Virus record (IMG/VR): IMGVR_UViG_2531839477_000018
Source: a virus
Taxonomy: Duplodnaviria; Heunggongvirae; Uroviricota; Caudoviricetes
Strand: one strand, 5' to 3'
Length of the DNA: 37,133 nucleotides
Position 1 is the stretch's first letter. Every line of letters starts with the position of its first letter. The position numbers and the translations under genes are program-made. Positions 6,276-15,339 of this stretch are shown here, one piece after another. Under the pieces are notes generated by a model. That model had not been told where the DNA came from and searched no databases. It saw only the letters and a list, made by a program, of their open reading frames with translations.

Positions 6276-9098
6276 ATGACGACAGAGTACATCAGGGACT
6301 GGCAACAACCGCGCCACGCAGTAGGACGTGAAGGAACGGGGATCCCCGCACCTGAATCCGCACTTTCCTCCTGGCTGGATGCCTACCGGGCAGAGAACGA
6401 ACGCCGCCAGGAAATGGCTGATGCGGCGTTCTCCGCCACACCGCTGGGCAACCTGATTAATAAAAGCCTGGACGCACAGGAAAAACAGGACAAAACCATC
6501 ACACTGGCCAGAGAAGCCAGAAAACAGGCACGCGGCGCGGTGGATGAAGCCATGGCCTCGCTGCGCCTGCTGCCATCCTATCTGCGCGATCCGCTTATTC
6601 GCCACCTCTCCTTCCTGCGCAAAAAACAGGAATCTGACCGCCAGAAAGGTAAAAAGAACCAGCAGGCTGAACGCTACGCGCGCGGGACCCTGCGCAAAAT
6701 ATTCGAACGTCTGGACCGCACCGACCACCGCTGGCTGACACCGGGTTATCGCTCCCTTGCCGGACGCGAACGCCTGGATGATTTGCTTTACCTCCCGCAG
6801 CTCAACAAGCACCAGATACAGACGCTGGCCACCATGACGGCGGCGATGTTCAGCAGCACCTTCGAAAAACTCTGCGATGGCTTTGGCGCGACCGATGGCG
6901 AGCTGACCATGGATGTAACGCTGAAGGCGTATCAGATGCTGGCCCGCATGGCGTTACACCTGCACATCATGCCTCCACATTATGACGCACTGACAACAGA
7001 TAAAGACCGGAGGAACGAACCGGACACGGAGCTGCTGCCGGGCGCAATCCTTCGCCTGACCTGTGCGGAATGGTGGAAACGCAAACTGTGGCTGTTACGT
7101 TGCGAGTGGAGAGAAGAACAACTCCGCGCCGCCTGTCTGGTTTCCAGAAAAACATCACCCTATCTGAGCCAGGACGCGTTAAGCGAGTTTCGCGCACAGC
7201 GCGAGAAAACACGCGATTTCCTGAAAAGTTTCATGCTGGAAAATGAAGACGGATTCACGATTGATCTCGAGACAGTGTATTACGCGGGAGTAAGTAACCC
7301 GGTTCACCGTAAGGCAGAAATGATGGCCACCATGAAGGGGCTGGAACTTCTGGCCGAAGCCCGTGGCGACAAAGCGGTGTTTCTGACTGTCACCTGCCCG
7401 TCAAAATACCACGCCACAACAGAGAACGGTCATCCGAATCCCAAATGGAACGGGGCCACCATGCGCGACTCCAGCGATTACCTGGTTAACACGTTTTTTG
7501 CGGCGGTCCGCAAGAAACTGAACCGCGACGGCCTGCGCTGGTATGGCATCCGCACGGTGGAGCCTCACCATGACGGCACCGTGCACTGGCATATGATGGT
7601 CTTTGCTCATCCGGAAGAAATCGACAGCATCGTGGCCATCACCCGCGATATTGCCATTCAGGAAGACCGCCACGAGCTGGGCAATGACATAACTCCGCGC
7701 TTTAAGGCAGAGTACGTCGACGGTTCGAAAGGTACGCCGACCAGCTACATCGCCACCTACATCGGAAAGAACCTGGACAGCCGCGCCGTGGATGGCATTG
7801 ACCCGAAAACAGGCAAGCCACGCGTTGATCACGAAACCGGAAAATCAATGGCCGAGAGCGTGGAACGCGCCATCGGCTGGGCGCGCCTTCACCGCGTCCG
7901 CCAGTTCCAGTTCTTTGGTATCCCCTCCCGTCAGGTATGGCGTGAACTCCGCCGCCTTGCCAGTCAGATGGCCCGCAACCCGGAAGGTCCACAACGTCTG
8001 GAAAATGACGCAATGGATGCGGTACTCGCTGCCGCTGATGCCGGGTGTTTTGCCACCTACATTGAGAAACAGGGTGGCGTACTTGTTCCACGCAAGGATT
8101 ACCTGATTCGCACCGCCTACGACCTCGCAGAAGAGCTGAACGATTACGGCGAGCAAAGCGTACAGATTTACGGGATCTGGTCGCCACAAATCGGGGAATC
8201 TTCCCGCGTGTGCACGCCCCCGGATAACTGGAAGCTGGTAAGACGTAAACCGGAAGCGGAAGACAGCGCCCGCGAAAATGGTTTTGACCTTCAGGGCGGC
8301 CCTGCCGCCCCTTGGACTCGTGGCAATAACTGTCCCCGTGTACAGGAAACGGACAACAACGGGACAGAACAGCCGGAAGAACGGCCAGCACCGTGGCCGC
8401 AGCTCCCTGACGGCGTTGAAGTGAACGAATGGATGCGCTCACTGAAACGGCACGAACGCCGGGCGCTGATGCGTTCGCTTCGTGACAAACAGGCAAAAAA
8501 CAGCAGTGATGAAATGCAGAGCTGGACACAGAGCCGCAAACAGCAGCGGCCTTTGCCTGATAACCACGAATTACTCGCTAAAGAATGGCGGGAGTCTGCT
8601 GAATCTCTCGGCCTGCATATCGGTGAACAGCAGATGCAGCACCTGTTACGGGGCGGCAGTCTGTACGTTGACGGCAGCATCATTGCACCGCAGGGATTTG
8701 AAATTGTACGCAAACCGGATACCCGACCGGACAGCCGGATCACGCAGCTCTGGCAGCGCCTGAGCCGTAACCACGGCGTAAGCAGCACGGAGATCCGCCA
8801 TAACCCGGTCGCCAGCTATCTGGAACTGCTGGGGGCATCAGACCCCGAAGCCGCCGCACGCCTGGCATCCACACTTCAGCAAGACCAGAACACCATGAAA
8901 ACACCCGTTACCGTGCTTTCTGACATGCTGCGCGCCATCCGCGACGCAGAGCACGCACAGAGAATCAGTGAAACCACTGAACGCGCCCACCGCAAAGCAG
9001 ACCTGCTGCAGGGTGGCCTGACCAGTGGAAACAAAAAACAGACAGAAACGGGATTCACAAATCCCGTAAATGAGCAAAAAACGCGCCGCGATATATGA
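6276..9098 (+). CDS. A: Replication initiation protein A (rolling-circle endonuclease, P2 gpA-like)
   Basis: 940-aa ORF; HUH-type metal-binding motif (..GTVHWHMMVFA..); position downstream of early operon as in P2/186. Confidence 0.85.
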   Translation: MTTEYIRDWQQPRHAVGREGTGIPAPESALSSWLDAYRAENERRQEMADAAFSATPLGNLINKSLDAQEKQDKTITLAREARKQARGAVDEAMASLRLLPSYLRDPLIRHLSFLRKKQESDRQKGKKNQQAERYARGTLRKIFERLDRTDHRWLTPGYRSLAGRERLDDLLYLPQLNKHQIQTLATMTAAMFSSTFEKLCDGFGATDGELTMDVTLKAYQMLARMALHLHIMPPHYDALTTDKDRRNEPDTELLPGAILRLTCAEWWKRKLWLLRCEWREEQLRAACLVSRKTSPYLSQDALSEFRAQREKTRDFLKSFMLENEDGFTIDLETVYYAGVSNPVHRKAEMMATMKGLELLAEARGDKAVFLTVTCPSKYHATTENGHPNPKWNGATMRDSSDYLVNTFFAAVRKKLNRDGLRWYGIRTVEPHHDGTVHWHMMVFAHPEEIDSIVAITRDIAIQEDRHELGNDITPRFKAEYVDGSKGTPTSYIATYIGKNLDSRAVDGIDPKTGKPRVDHETGKSMAESVERAIGWARLHRVRQFQFFGIPSRQVWRELRRLASQMARNPEGPQRLENDAMDAVLAAADAGCFATYIEKQGGVLVPRKDYLIRTAYDLAEELNDYGEQSVQIYGIWSPQIGESSRVCTPPDNWKLVRRKPEAEDSARENGFDLQGGPAAPWTRGNNCPRVQETDNNGTEQPEERPAPWPQLPDGVEVNEWMRSLKRHERRALMRSLRDKQAKNSSDEMQSWTQSRKQQRPLPDNHELLAKEWRESAESLGLHIGEQQMQHLLRGGSLYVDGSIIAPQGFEIVRKPDTRPDSRITQLWQRLSRNHGVSSTEIRHNPVASYLELLGASDPEAAARLASTLQQDQNTMKTPVTVLSDMLRAIRDAEHAQRISETTERAHRKADLLQGGLTSGNKKQTETGFTNPVNEQKTRRDI

Positions 9099-9146
9099 AG
9101 CGCGCATAAAACAGGCAAAAACGGGATTTCAGAATCCCGTAAACGG
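9036..9146. repeat. Two copies of a ~30-bp unit with internal palindrome ACGGGATT-N-AATCCCGT (candidate ParR-binding centromere/operator)
   Basis: Copies at about 9036-9075 (inside the 3' end of gene A) and 9109-9146 (intergenic, just upstream of the parM-like gene). Confidence 0.4.
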
Positions 9147-9174
9147 TTAATTAATCAACATAAGGAAAAGCGAC

Positions 9175-10134
9175 ATGAAAATTTGTATCGATGACGGCTC
9201 CACCAACATCAAGCTGGCATGGACTGAGAACGGCGAACGCCGCAACGCCATCAGCCCGAACAGCTTCAAGTCGGAATGGTCTGCGCCGTTCGGTGGCACG
9301 CAGCCCGCGAACTACATGCTTGATGGCGTGCGCTATGGTTTTGATCCTGTCAGCGATCGCTTTGTCCAGACGACCGACACGCAATACCAGTACAGCGATG
9401 TGAATGTCATTGCCATTCATCACGCGCTGGTCAAATCAGGCATCACGCCACAGGCGGTGGATGTGGTTGTCACCCTGCCGCTGAGCGAGTATTTCGACAC
9501 AAACGCCCAGCCGGATATGACCAACATCAACCGCAAAAAAGCGAACGTTATGCGCCCGGTGGAGTACCAGAACGGTGAGGCATTCACTATCCGTAATGTA
9601 CGGGTTATGCCTGAATCCATTCCGGCAGGCTTTAAGGCACTGGCTGACATGAGTCCGTTTGAATCCCTGCTGATTGTGGATTTGGGCGGAACCACGCTGG
9701 ATGTGGCAAAGGTTCAGGGACAACTGGCAGGTATCAGCCAGGTGTTTTGCGATCCACACGTAGGCGTTTCCCTGATGGCCGATGCCGTACTGTCGGTGAT
9801 GGCCACTAACGGTATGCGTACCAGTCACCACATCGCCAATACCATTATCGAACATCGCCATGATGAAGCCTGGCTGCGCCAGCACATCCACAATGACGCG
9901 CATTACGCCAGCCTGATGGCGGTTATTCGTGAAAAGGAAGAAACACTGAAACAACGCGTGATCCGCGCGCTGGCGGGTTTTTCGGGTTACGGGCGGGTGA
10001 TGGTTGTCGGTGGCGGGACGGAGATTGTGGCACCCGCTATCCGCGAAGCCTGCGGAGTTAATGCGACTTTCATCGCGGACGGGGTGCCACAGTTTGCTCT
10101 GGTTAATGGGCTGTACGCAATGGACAAGGAGTAA
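9175..10134 (+). CDS. parM: ParM/StbA-family actin-like segregation ATPase
   Basis: N-terminus MKICIDDGSTNIKLAW matches the ParM/StbA phosphate-1 signature (R1 ParM begins MLVFIDDGSTNIKLQW); later ..DLGGTT.. and ..VVGGG.. ASKHA motifs; 319 aa. Confidence 0.75.
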   Translation: MKICIDDGSTNIKLAWTENGERRNAISPNSFKSEWSAPFGGTQPANYMLDGVRYGFDPVSDRFVQTTDTQYQYSDVNVIAIHHALVKSGITPQAVDVVVTLPLSEYFDTNAQPDMTNINRKKANVMRPVEYQNGEAFTIRNVRVMPESIPAGFKALADMSPFESLLIVDLGGTTLDVAKVQGQLAGISQVFCDPHVGVSLMADAVLSVMATNGMRTSHHIANTIIEHRHDEAWLRQHIHNDAHYASLMAVIREKEETLKQRVIRALAGFSGYGRVMVVGGGTEIVAPAIREACGVNATFIADGVPQFALVNGLYAMDKE

Positions 10135-10138
10135 ACCA

Positions 10139-10450
10139 ATGACGACACCAACCAGACGGATAAGTTTCTATCTGAAGCCCGCCGCCGTCAAGAACGAAGG
10201 CGAAGCATGCGCCTGGCTGGACAGCCTTACACCAGAAGCCCGCAAAAGCGGCCAACGCGTGGCTTTTCTGGCCGGGCTGGCACTTCTGAAAATGAATCCG
10301 GCAGAGGCTTACCGACTGGCTGCATGGGCTGACGATGAAGCGTTATCCCTGACACAAACCAGGACAGAACGCCCCGTGTCACAGCCAGCACCAACCGCAC
10401 AGATAACCAGTCAGATGGCCGGAAATATCCGGGCGTTATTTCCTGAATAA
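10139..10450 (+). CDS. parR: ParR/StbB-like small DNA-binding adaptor
   Basis: 103-aa ORF just downstream of parM with AAGGAG RBS; ISFYLKP..AGLAL..ALFPE resembles R1 ParR (IAFKLNP..AGLAL..SLFPKE) as recalled from memory. Confidence 0.5.
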   Translation: MTTPTRRISFYLKPAAVKNEGEACAWLDSLTPEARKSGQRVAFLAGLALLKMNPAEAYRLAAWADDEALSLTQTRTERPVSQPAPTAQITSQMAGNIRALFPE

Positions 10451-10513
10451 CACAACGTCAGGGCGAGTTCGTCCTGATCTCCACCTCAGAGCATAAACAA
10501 GGAGAACGACATA

Positions 10514-10948
10514 ATGAGCGAAATCAACTATCAGGCATTACGTGAGGCGGCACAAAACTATCAATCGACGCTGGCGTGGTATGAGGCCATCACGGATAAC
10601 CCAAATGCTGAGCAGGATTGTAGCGAAGCAGTGGCGGCGTTTAAGCGTCAAATCCGTCATCAGGAAATGGACATTATCGCCGAGCTACTGGAAGAGCTGG
10701 AAACCAAAGACAACAGGATCGCTGAACTGGAAAAAATCGCCACTGACCATGCACTGAAATTCCAGAAAGCACAGGACGCATTAAAGTATGCCGCTTTGCT
10801 GCATAGCCAGACGGCGCAACAAACAAATAATTTTTCAGTATCGCTTCCGGACATAAGCGAATATTTCATTAATGACGTATTTCAGCACCTGCGATACGAG
10901 CGGGATGTTGAAAGAGCCATCATAAAGGCTGGCGGAAAAGCATTGTGA
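10514..10948 (+). CDS. Hypothetical coiled-coil protein in the A-to-packaging variable region
   Basis: 144-aa ORF with AAGGAG RBS; acidic, helical, no recognisable domain. Confidence 0.5.
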   Translation: MSEINYQALREAAQNYQSTLAWYEAITDNPNAEQDCSEAVAAFKRQIRHQEMDIIAELLEELETKDNRIAELEKIATDHALKFQKAQDALKYAALLHSQTAQQTNNFSVSLPDISEYFINDVFQHLRYERDVERAIIKAGGKAL

Positions 10949-11179
10949 CAGAAGAAACACGAGGACAGAACGCATCAGTCCTGCGATGTAAATCGTGGAT
11001 GGTTTAGCCCACTAACGACAGATAAAAATAACACCTGATCCCCCTCAAACCAGGGCGATAATCGCGCATCGCCCTTCTGCACAATAGCGCACAAATTTGC
11101 ACAATTTTTTTGAACGACTTTTTACCCTTCCGGCCCGCATGACGGCTGGATCCGTCAAGGATCCGTGCGTGCACAAAAA

Positions 11180-11260
11180 AACGCGCTTTTTCTGCGCGCA
11201 GGTGACGGGGGAACAGCCCGCGTTTCAGGGGGTAAATAGCATCCCCTGAACGATGTCGCA
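11180..11260. other. Candidate cos / packaging-site region (inferred)
   Basis: 600-bp non-coding gap before portal gene; GGTGACGGGGGAACAGCCC at about 11201-11219 resembles the P2/186 cohesive end GGCG(A/T)GGCGGGGAAAGCA(C/T) as I recall it (13 of 19); adjacent palindromes CTGCGCGCAG and TCAGGGG..CCCCTGA. Confidence 0.25.
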
Positions 11261-11528
11261 GCGACACAACAGAATGGCTGTATTTCTCACGCTGAGCGTG
11301 AAAAAGACGTGAGGGCTTTTGATTTGACGGGGTGGCAGATAAGGCCGTCAAAATCGCACTGAGGCGGCGAGAACATACAGTCAACGCGGTGGGATTGCGT
11401 AAGAGTCTGACCGTCAATGGTGGCGATAAACTGGAAGGCGTCGTGAAATTATCTGACTGATACAGGAGCTGGAGAGTCGGGGCATAAATTTTTTATGCCC
11501 CGGCGAAGCAGCAGACAAGCGAAGCGCG

Positions 11529-12575
11529 TCAGGATGTGGGCTGGGTGTCTAACAGTGCGTAAGGGTTAAAGCGGATCACCTCTTCGCCAAGCCAGTCATT
11601 GATGTGCTTCATGGCCTCCATGACGGGCATCAGCTCGTTAATTGCGTAAACCCGCGCGGCCTTCTCCACATCACCAAACGCACTTTTTTCGCCCGGCATC
11701 GCCCCCATCAGTTGCGGCGGAACGCGGTGCGCAGCCAGCACATCATCACGGGATGCCGCCTTAACATTCATGAACTCATCCTTTGCGGTGATCTGCTGGA
11801 ACGGCAAAATTTGCACACCTTCTTTGCCCCCGTTGGGCGCATGGATGAGCACGTTTTTAAACGCACCACCACCACGTGCACCCTGTAGCGTTTCTTTCAG
11901 GGAGTCCATGCTTTCGCGGTTTACCTGCGCTGCACCGATGTAGATGATGCACCCGGCATGGGATCCGTTGTCGTAATACAGTTTTCTGAACATGTCCGCC
12001 GAATGAGACAGGCTGGCCGCGAGTAATGCGCCGAGATATTCCGGCATGCCGTAGATTTCCTGGTTAATGTCAGGATTCATCAGGTGGCACACTTTGCCAG
12101 GGCGAAACTGAAACGCATCCTTGCCATCCTGCACATACCACCATGATTCAAGATCGCTTCCGCGTCGCATGTATTTCGCCAGGGCGTGCCGTAATTTAAG
12201 CGGTTCGCCGAGCATATTGCTCCGAAGCTCAAGGAATGCGTTACCGAACACAAACCAGTCCAGCGCCAGCGCCGAGAAATCCTGCCGGGAAAGCAGCGGG
12301 TGCGGAATATAGCAACCGAGCAATACATTGCGCTTAAAGTAAAGCGCAGACTGATGCCAGGACGTTTGCCGGGCAGCTCTTGCCAGACCGTACCAGTCCA
12401 CCGGGGTTTCATACCACCGCCCGTTATCAGCACAGTACATATTGTCCAGCAGGTCATGCCCGGTCAGGCGATAAGGACCATCAAATGTGAATGCACTGAG
12501 CGATGATTCTTTCCTGAGCGCATCAGCAAGATCAATGCGTGAACTCATGCGCACTTTTTTATTTTTTCTGCTCAT
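11529..12575 (-). CDS. Q: Portal protein (P2 gpQ-like)
   Basis: 348-aa ORF, size and position match P2 Q; overlaps start of terminase gene; head-gene synteny. Confidence 0.85.
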   Translation of the reverse strand: MSRKNKKVRMSSRIDLADALRKESSLSAFTFDGPYRLTGHDLLDNMYCADNGRWYETPVDWYGLARAARQTSWHQSALYFKRNVLLGCYIPHPLLSRQDFSALALDWFVFGNAFLELRSNMLGEPLKLRHALAKYMRRGSDLESWWYVQDGKDAFQFRPGKVCHLMNPDINQEIYGMPEYLGALLAASLSHSADMFRKLYYDNGSHAGCIIYIGAAQVNRESMDSLKETLQGARGGGAFKNVLIHAPNGGKEGVQILPFQQITAKDEFMNVKAASRDDVLAAHRVPPQLMGAMPGEKSAFGDVEKAARVYAINELMPVMEAMKHINDWLGEEVIRFNPYALLDTQPTS

Positions 12576-14326
12576 CAGAACTCCATAACCGTGAAACGCT
12601 CGTTTTCTCCTTCGCCGCCAATTGGTTCGTTAATGACAGCAAGCATGGTTGCCCACGCAAGGTCGCCGTGGCTGATCCCCCTCGCGCGGTCCGTTTCGTA
12701 AGTGATAAAGCCGCCCGGTGTTTTCACCTTACGCACGGCGTTAAAGGCCGCGACCAGTTCGCGTTCGGCGCGATCGTATTCCCACCGCCCGGCACGCATT
12801 ATTTGGAGCATTTTCAGTACCAGCGACCGTTTTGATGACAGCGTGAAGGTGTACGGAATAGCTGCAGGGAAAAACCGTTTCACTATCTGATAAACAGCCT
12901 CCCCGTTCCCGCCCGTCACATCAATACCGATGTGTTCCACGTTGTAGCGACACGTGAACTCTTCAATGACTCTGGCCTGTTCTTCAAACTCCAGCCCCTG
13001 AACGCGTCGCGTCTCCACCGTTCGAAAACGGCCACCAGGAACAGCCGGAGGAACAACTACGGACACAGCGCCGCTGTCGCCGTTGCCACTGCTGCCGTTT
13101 GCGTCATACCCAATCCATACCGGACGATTCCCCATCGGGCGGGGAGCAAAAGGTTTCCAGTCTTTCCAGTCGTCGTATCCGTCAACACCGCAGCCAATCA
13201 GGATATTCAGGTTAAATGCCGATTCCCCTTCGCGGACAAACTCACACATATAGAGATTGAGGAACTCGTCTTCGGTGTTTTCATCACGAATTTCGTCGAT
13301 ATCGGTGTGTTTCCAGCCGTGATTAACCACATCTTCCAGCGTGACAATTTGCCGCCACGTCCGGTCAGGGCAGATAAGCCCGTTATGCAGCGTTTTCCAG
13401 TCCACAGAAAAACGCTGGCGTTTATGCGTGGCCTTTTTCTCGTTCCAGCGGTCGCCGTTCCAGTAGGCGTATGCCTCGTGCGTTTCGGTGGATGGCGTGG
13501 AGAAGTAGGTGCGCCGCAGTCCGCTGAGGGTTGCCATAGCGCCAGCCACCTTGCGCAGTTCAGCAAAGCGGCTGACCCAGAAAAATTCATCAAAATAAAA
13601 ATTGCCCGTGTAGGACTGTGCCGACGCAGCAGAAGTGCCGAGAAAATGCAGCTCTGCGCCGTTGGAGAGGATGATTTTATCGCCCCCTTTCAGCTCCACA
13701 TCAACTTCAGATGCAGCCTTCTGAATAATACTTTTAAACTGGAACGCCTGACGACGCGACGCAGACAAAAAAATCTGGTTACGCTGGTAAGGTTGTGCCA
13801 CATCGTCACGCAGCGCCATCAGCAGTGCTTCCTGTGCAAAATACCAGGTCGCCCCAATCTGTCGGGATTTCAGGATCATCCTGTTACGTATCCCGGCTTC
13901 CCTGCAAAGGGTCAGGGAGTCAAACCAGCCCCGCTGATGCCACTCCAGCCTGCTGATGATTTTTTCCCGCAGTGCGGCAATCTGTTCCGGCGTGAAATGA
14001 TTTTTAAGTTTTTTCGCCCGGCTTTTCTTTCCTGTGGCCGTCGCATCCGGCTGGCCATCATGCAGTTTTTTAAGCTGCCGGGTCAGCAGGTCTATTTCCT
14101 TGAAGTCACCACCTGTTTTATTCTGTTTTTCAGTAAGCTGGATGAGGCGCCCATCGATGGACTGCGTGACACGCTGCACGGGTGGCGTTTCATCCCACTG
14201 ATCGCGTTTTTTCCACGCATAAATCGTGTTCGGGTTTATTCCCATCAGACGTGATATTTCTGCGGGCGGATAACCCTGCCAGTAAAGTTGCCGCGCACGC
14301 TGGCGCACAAAAGCGTCCTGAATCAT
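12575..14326 (-). CDS. P: Terminase large (ATPase) subunit (P2 gpP-like)
   Basis: 583-aa ORF divergent from the capsid operon, as P2 P; size matches. Confidence 0.85.
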   Translation of the reverse strand: MIQDAFVRQRARQLYWQGYPPAEISRLMGINPNTIYAWKKRDQWDETPPVQRVTQSIDGRLIQLTEKQNKTGGDFKEIDLLTRQLKKLHDGQPDATATGKKSRAKKLKNHFTPEQIAALREKIISRLEWHQRGWFDSLTLCREAGIRNRMILKSRQIGATWYFAQEALLMALRDDVAQPYQRNQIFLSASRRQAFQFKSIIQKAASEVDVELKGGDKIILSNGAELHFLGTSAASAQSYTGNFYFDEFFWVSRFAELRKVAGAMATLSGLRRTYFSTPSTETHEAYAYWNGDRWNEKKATHKRQRFSVDWKTLHNGLICPDRTWRQIVTLEDVVNHGWKHTDIDEIRDENTEDEFLNLYMCEFVREGESAFNLNILIGCGVDGYDDWKDWKPFAPRPMGNRPVWIGYDANGSSGNGDSGAVSVVVPPAVPGGRFRTVETRRVQGLEFEEQARVIEEFTCRYNVEHIGIDVTGGNGEAVYQIVKRFFPAAIPYTFTLSSKRSLVLKMLQIMRAGRWEYDRAERELVAAFNAVRKVKTPGGFITYETDRARGISHGDLAWATMLAVINEPIGGEGENERFTVMEF

Positions 14327-14479
14327 TGCTCCCCCTGAGTAATTACAGGAAGATTACCCGCGCGCGAAACCGTTCTCCTTAACCCCCTGTTCTGGCCGTT
14401 TTCTTACAACAAAAGCCCTTTGTATCAGCCTGTTACGCTTTGCCATCATGACTGAAGAACCAGTCAGAGGGGCAAAACT
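14327..14479. promoter_or_regulatory. Divergent late promoter region (PP / PO equivalents)
   Basis: 153-bp spacer between divergent terminase and scaffold operons; I could not confirm a canonical TGT-N12-ACA Ogr box by eye. Confidence 0.35.
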
Positions 14480-15316
14480 ATGGTTAATGAAAAAAAGACA
14501 TCCCGCAAAAAGTTTCGCGTGGCTGTCTCCGGATCAACTGTTGATGGCCGCGAAATCAGCCCGGTACATCTGCGTGAAGCCGCCGAGAACTTCAACCCGG
14601 ATGTTTACGCTGCCCGCGTGAACGTTGAGCACTATCTCTCGCCATGCCCGTCAAGCGAATTTTCCGCAATGGGCGATGTCACCGCGCTGAGTACGGAAGA
14701 TATTACGGAAGGCCCGCTGGCCGGACGTACTGCGCTGTATGCAGAAATCGAACCGACCGAGCGCATGAAGCAGCTTGTCGCTGACGGCAAGAAAATCTAT
14801 TCCAGTATCGAACTGCACCCGCAGTTCTCCGTTAACGGGCGCGCCTATCTGGTCGGGCTGGCGATGACCGACACTCCGGCAAGCCTGGGCACTGAGCGCC
14901 TGAAATTCACGGCACAGCAACGTCAGGCGGTGATGACGTTCAACAGTATCCAGGGTGAAGCACCGCTTATCTCCGAAGCCATCGAGTCTGAAATCATCGA
15001 AATGGCAGAACAACGCCAGGAAGAAGGCACCCAGTGGTTTAACCGCGTAATGGGGATTATTGGTCGTGGCCGCAAAGCGGATGACGCCAGTTTCTCCCGT
15101 ATTCAGGAAGCGGTGGAAGGTGTCGCAACGTCACAGGCCGACATTATCGACCGTTTTAATACACTGGAAACCCGCCATCAGCAGGACAGCCAGAAAATCA
15201 CTTTACTGACCACAGAGCTGGCAGCATTGAAGGAAAAACTGCGCACGCAGGACGGCGATCCGCAGAACCGGTTCACCGCAACAGGTGCAGCCTCCGACCA
15301 GCTGGCTGACTTCTGA
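14480..15316 (+). CDS. O: Capsid scaffolding protein (P2 gpO-like)
   Basis: 278-aa acidic ORF preceding the major capsid gene; size matches P2 O. Confidence 0.8.
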   Translation: MVNEKKTSRKKFRVAVSGSTVDGREISPVHLREAAENFNPDVYAARVNVEHYLSPCPSSEFSAMGDVTALSTEDITEGPLAGRTALYAEIEPTERMKQLVADGKKIYSSIELHPQFSVNGRAYLVGLAMTDTPASLGTERLKFTAQQRQAVMTFNSIQGEAPLISEAIESEIIEMAEQRQEEGTQWFNRVMGIIGRGRKADDASFSRIQEAVEGVATSQADIIDRFNTLETRHQQDSQKITLLTTELAALKEKLRTQDGDPQNRFTATGAASDQLADF

Positions 15317-15339
15317 TAAGACAAAGGAGCAAATTTTTT

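Noticed and set aside
5739-6812. 357-aa minus-strand ORF spanning the early/A boundary
   Set aside because: Antisense to gene A and to upstream small genes, no RBS context, biased composition typical of a shadow ORF in GC-rich coding DNA
7702-8529. 275-aa minus-strand ORF (and neighbours 7401-7832, 8291-8788)
   Set aside because: Arg/Cys/Ser-rich translations antisense to gene A; spurious
10451-10513. LexA (SOS) box upstream of the 144-aa gene or elsewhere in non-coding gaps, as expected for a 186-type antirepressor
   Set aside because: No CTGT-N8-ACAG match found by eye in the intergenic regions examined; a weak or divergent site cannot be excluded without a matrix scan
12932-14254. 440-aa plus-strand ORF
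   Set aside because: Lies entirely antisense within the terminase large-subunit gene, which has the clear synteny and size; shadow ORF
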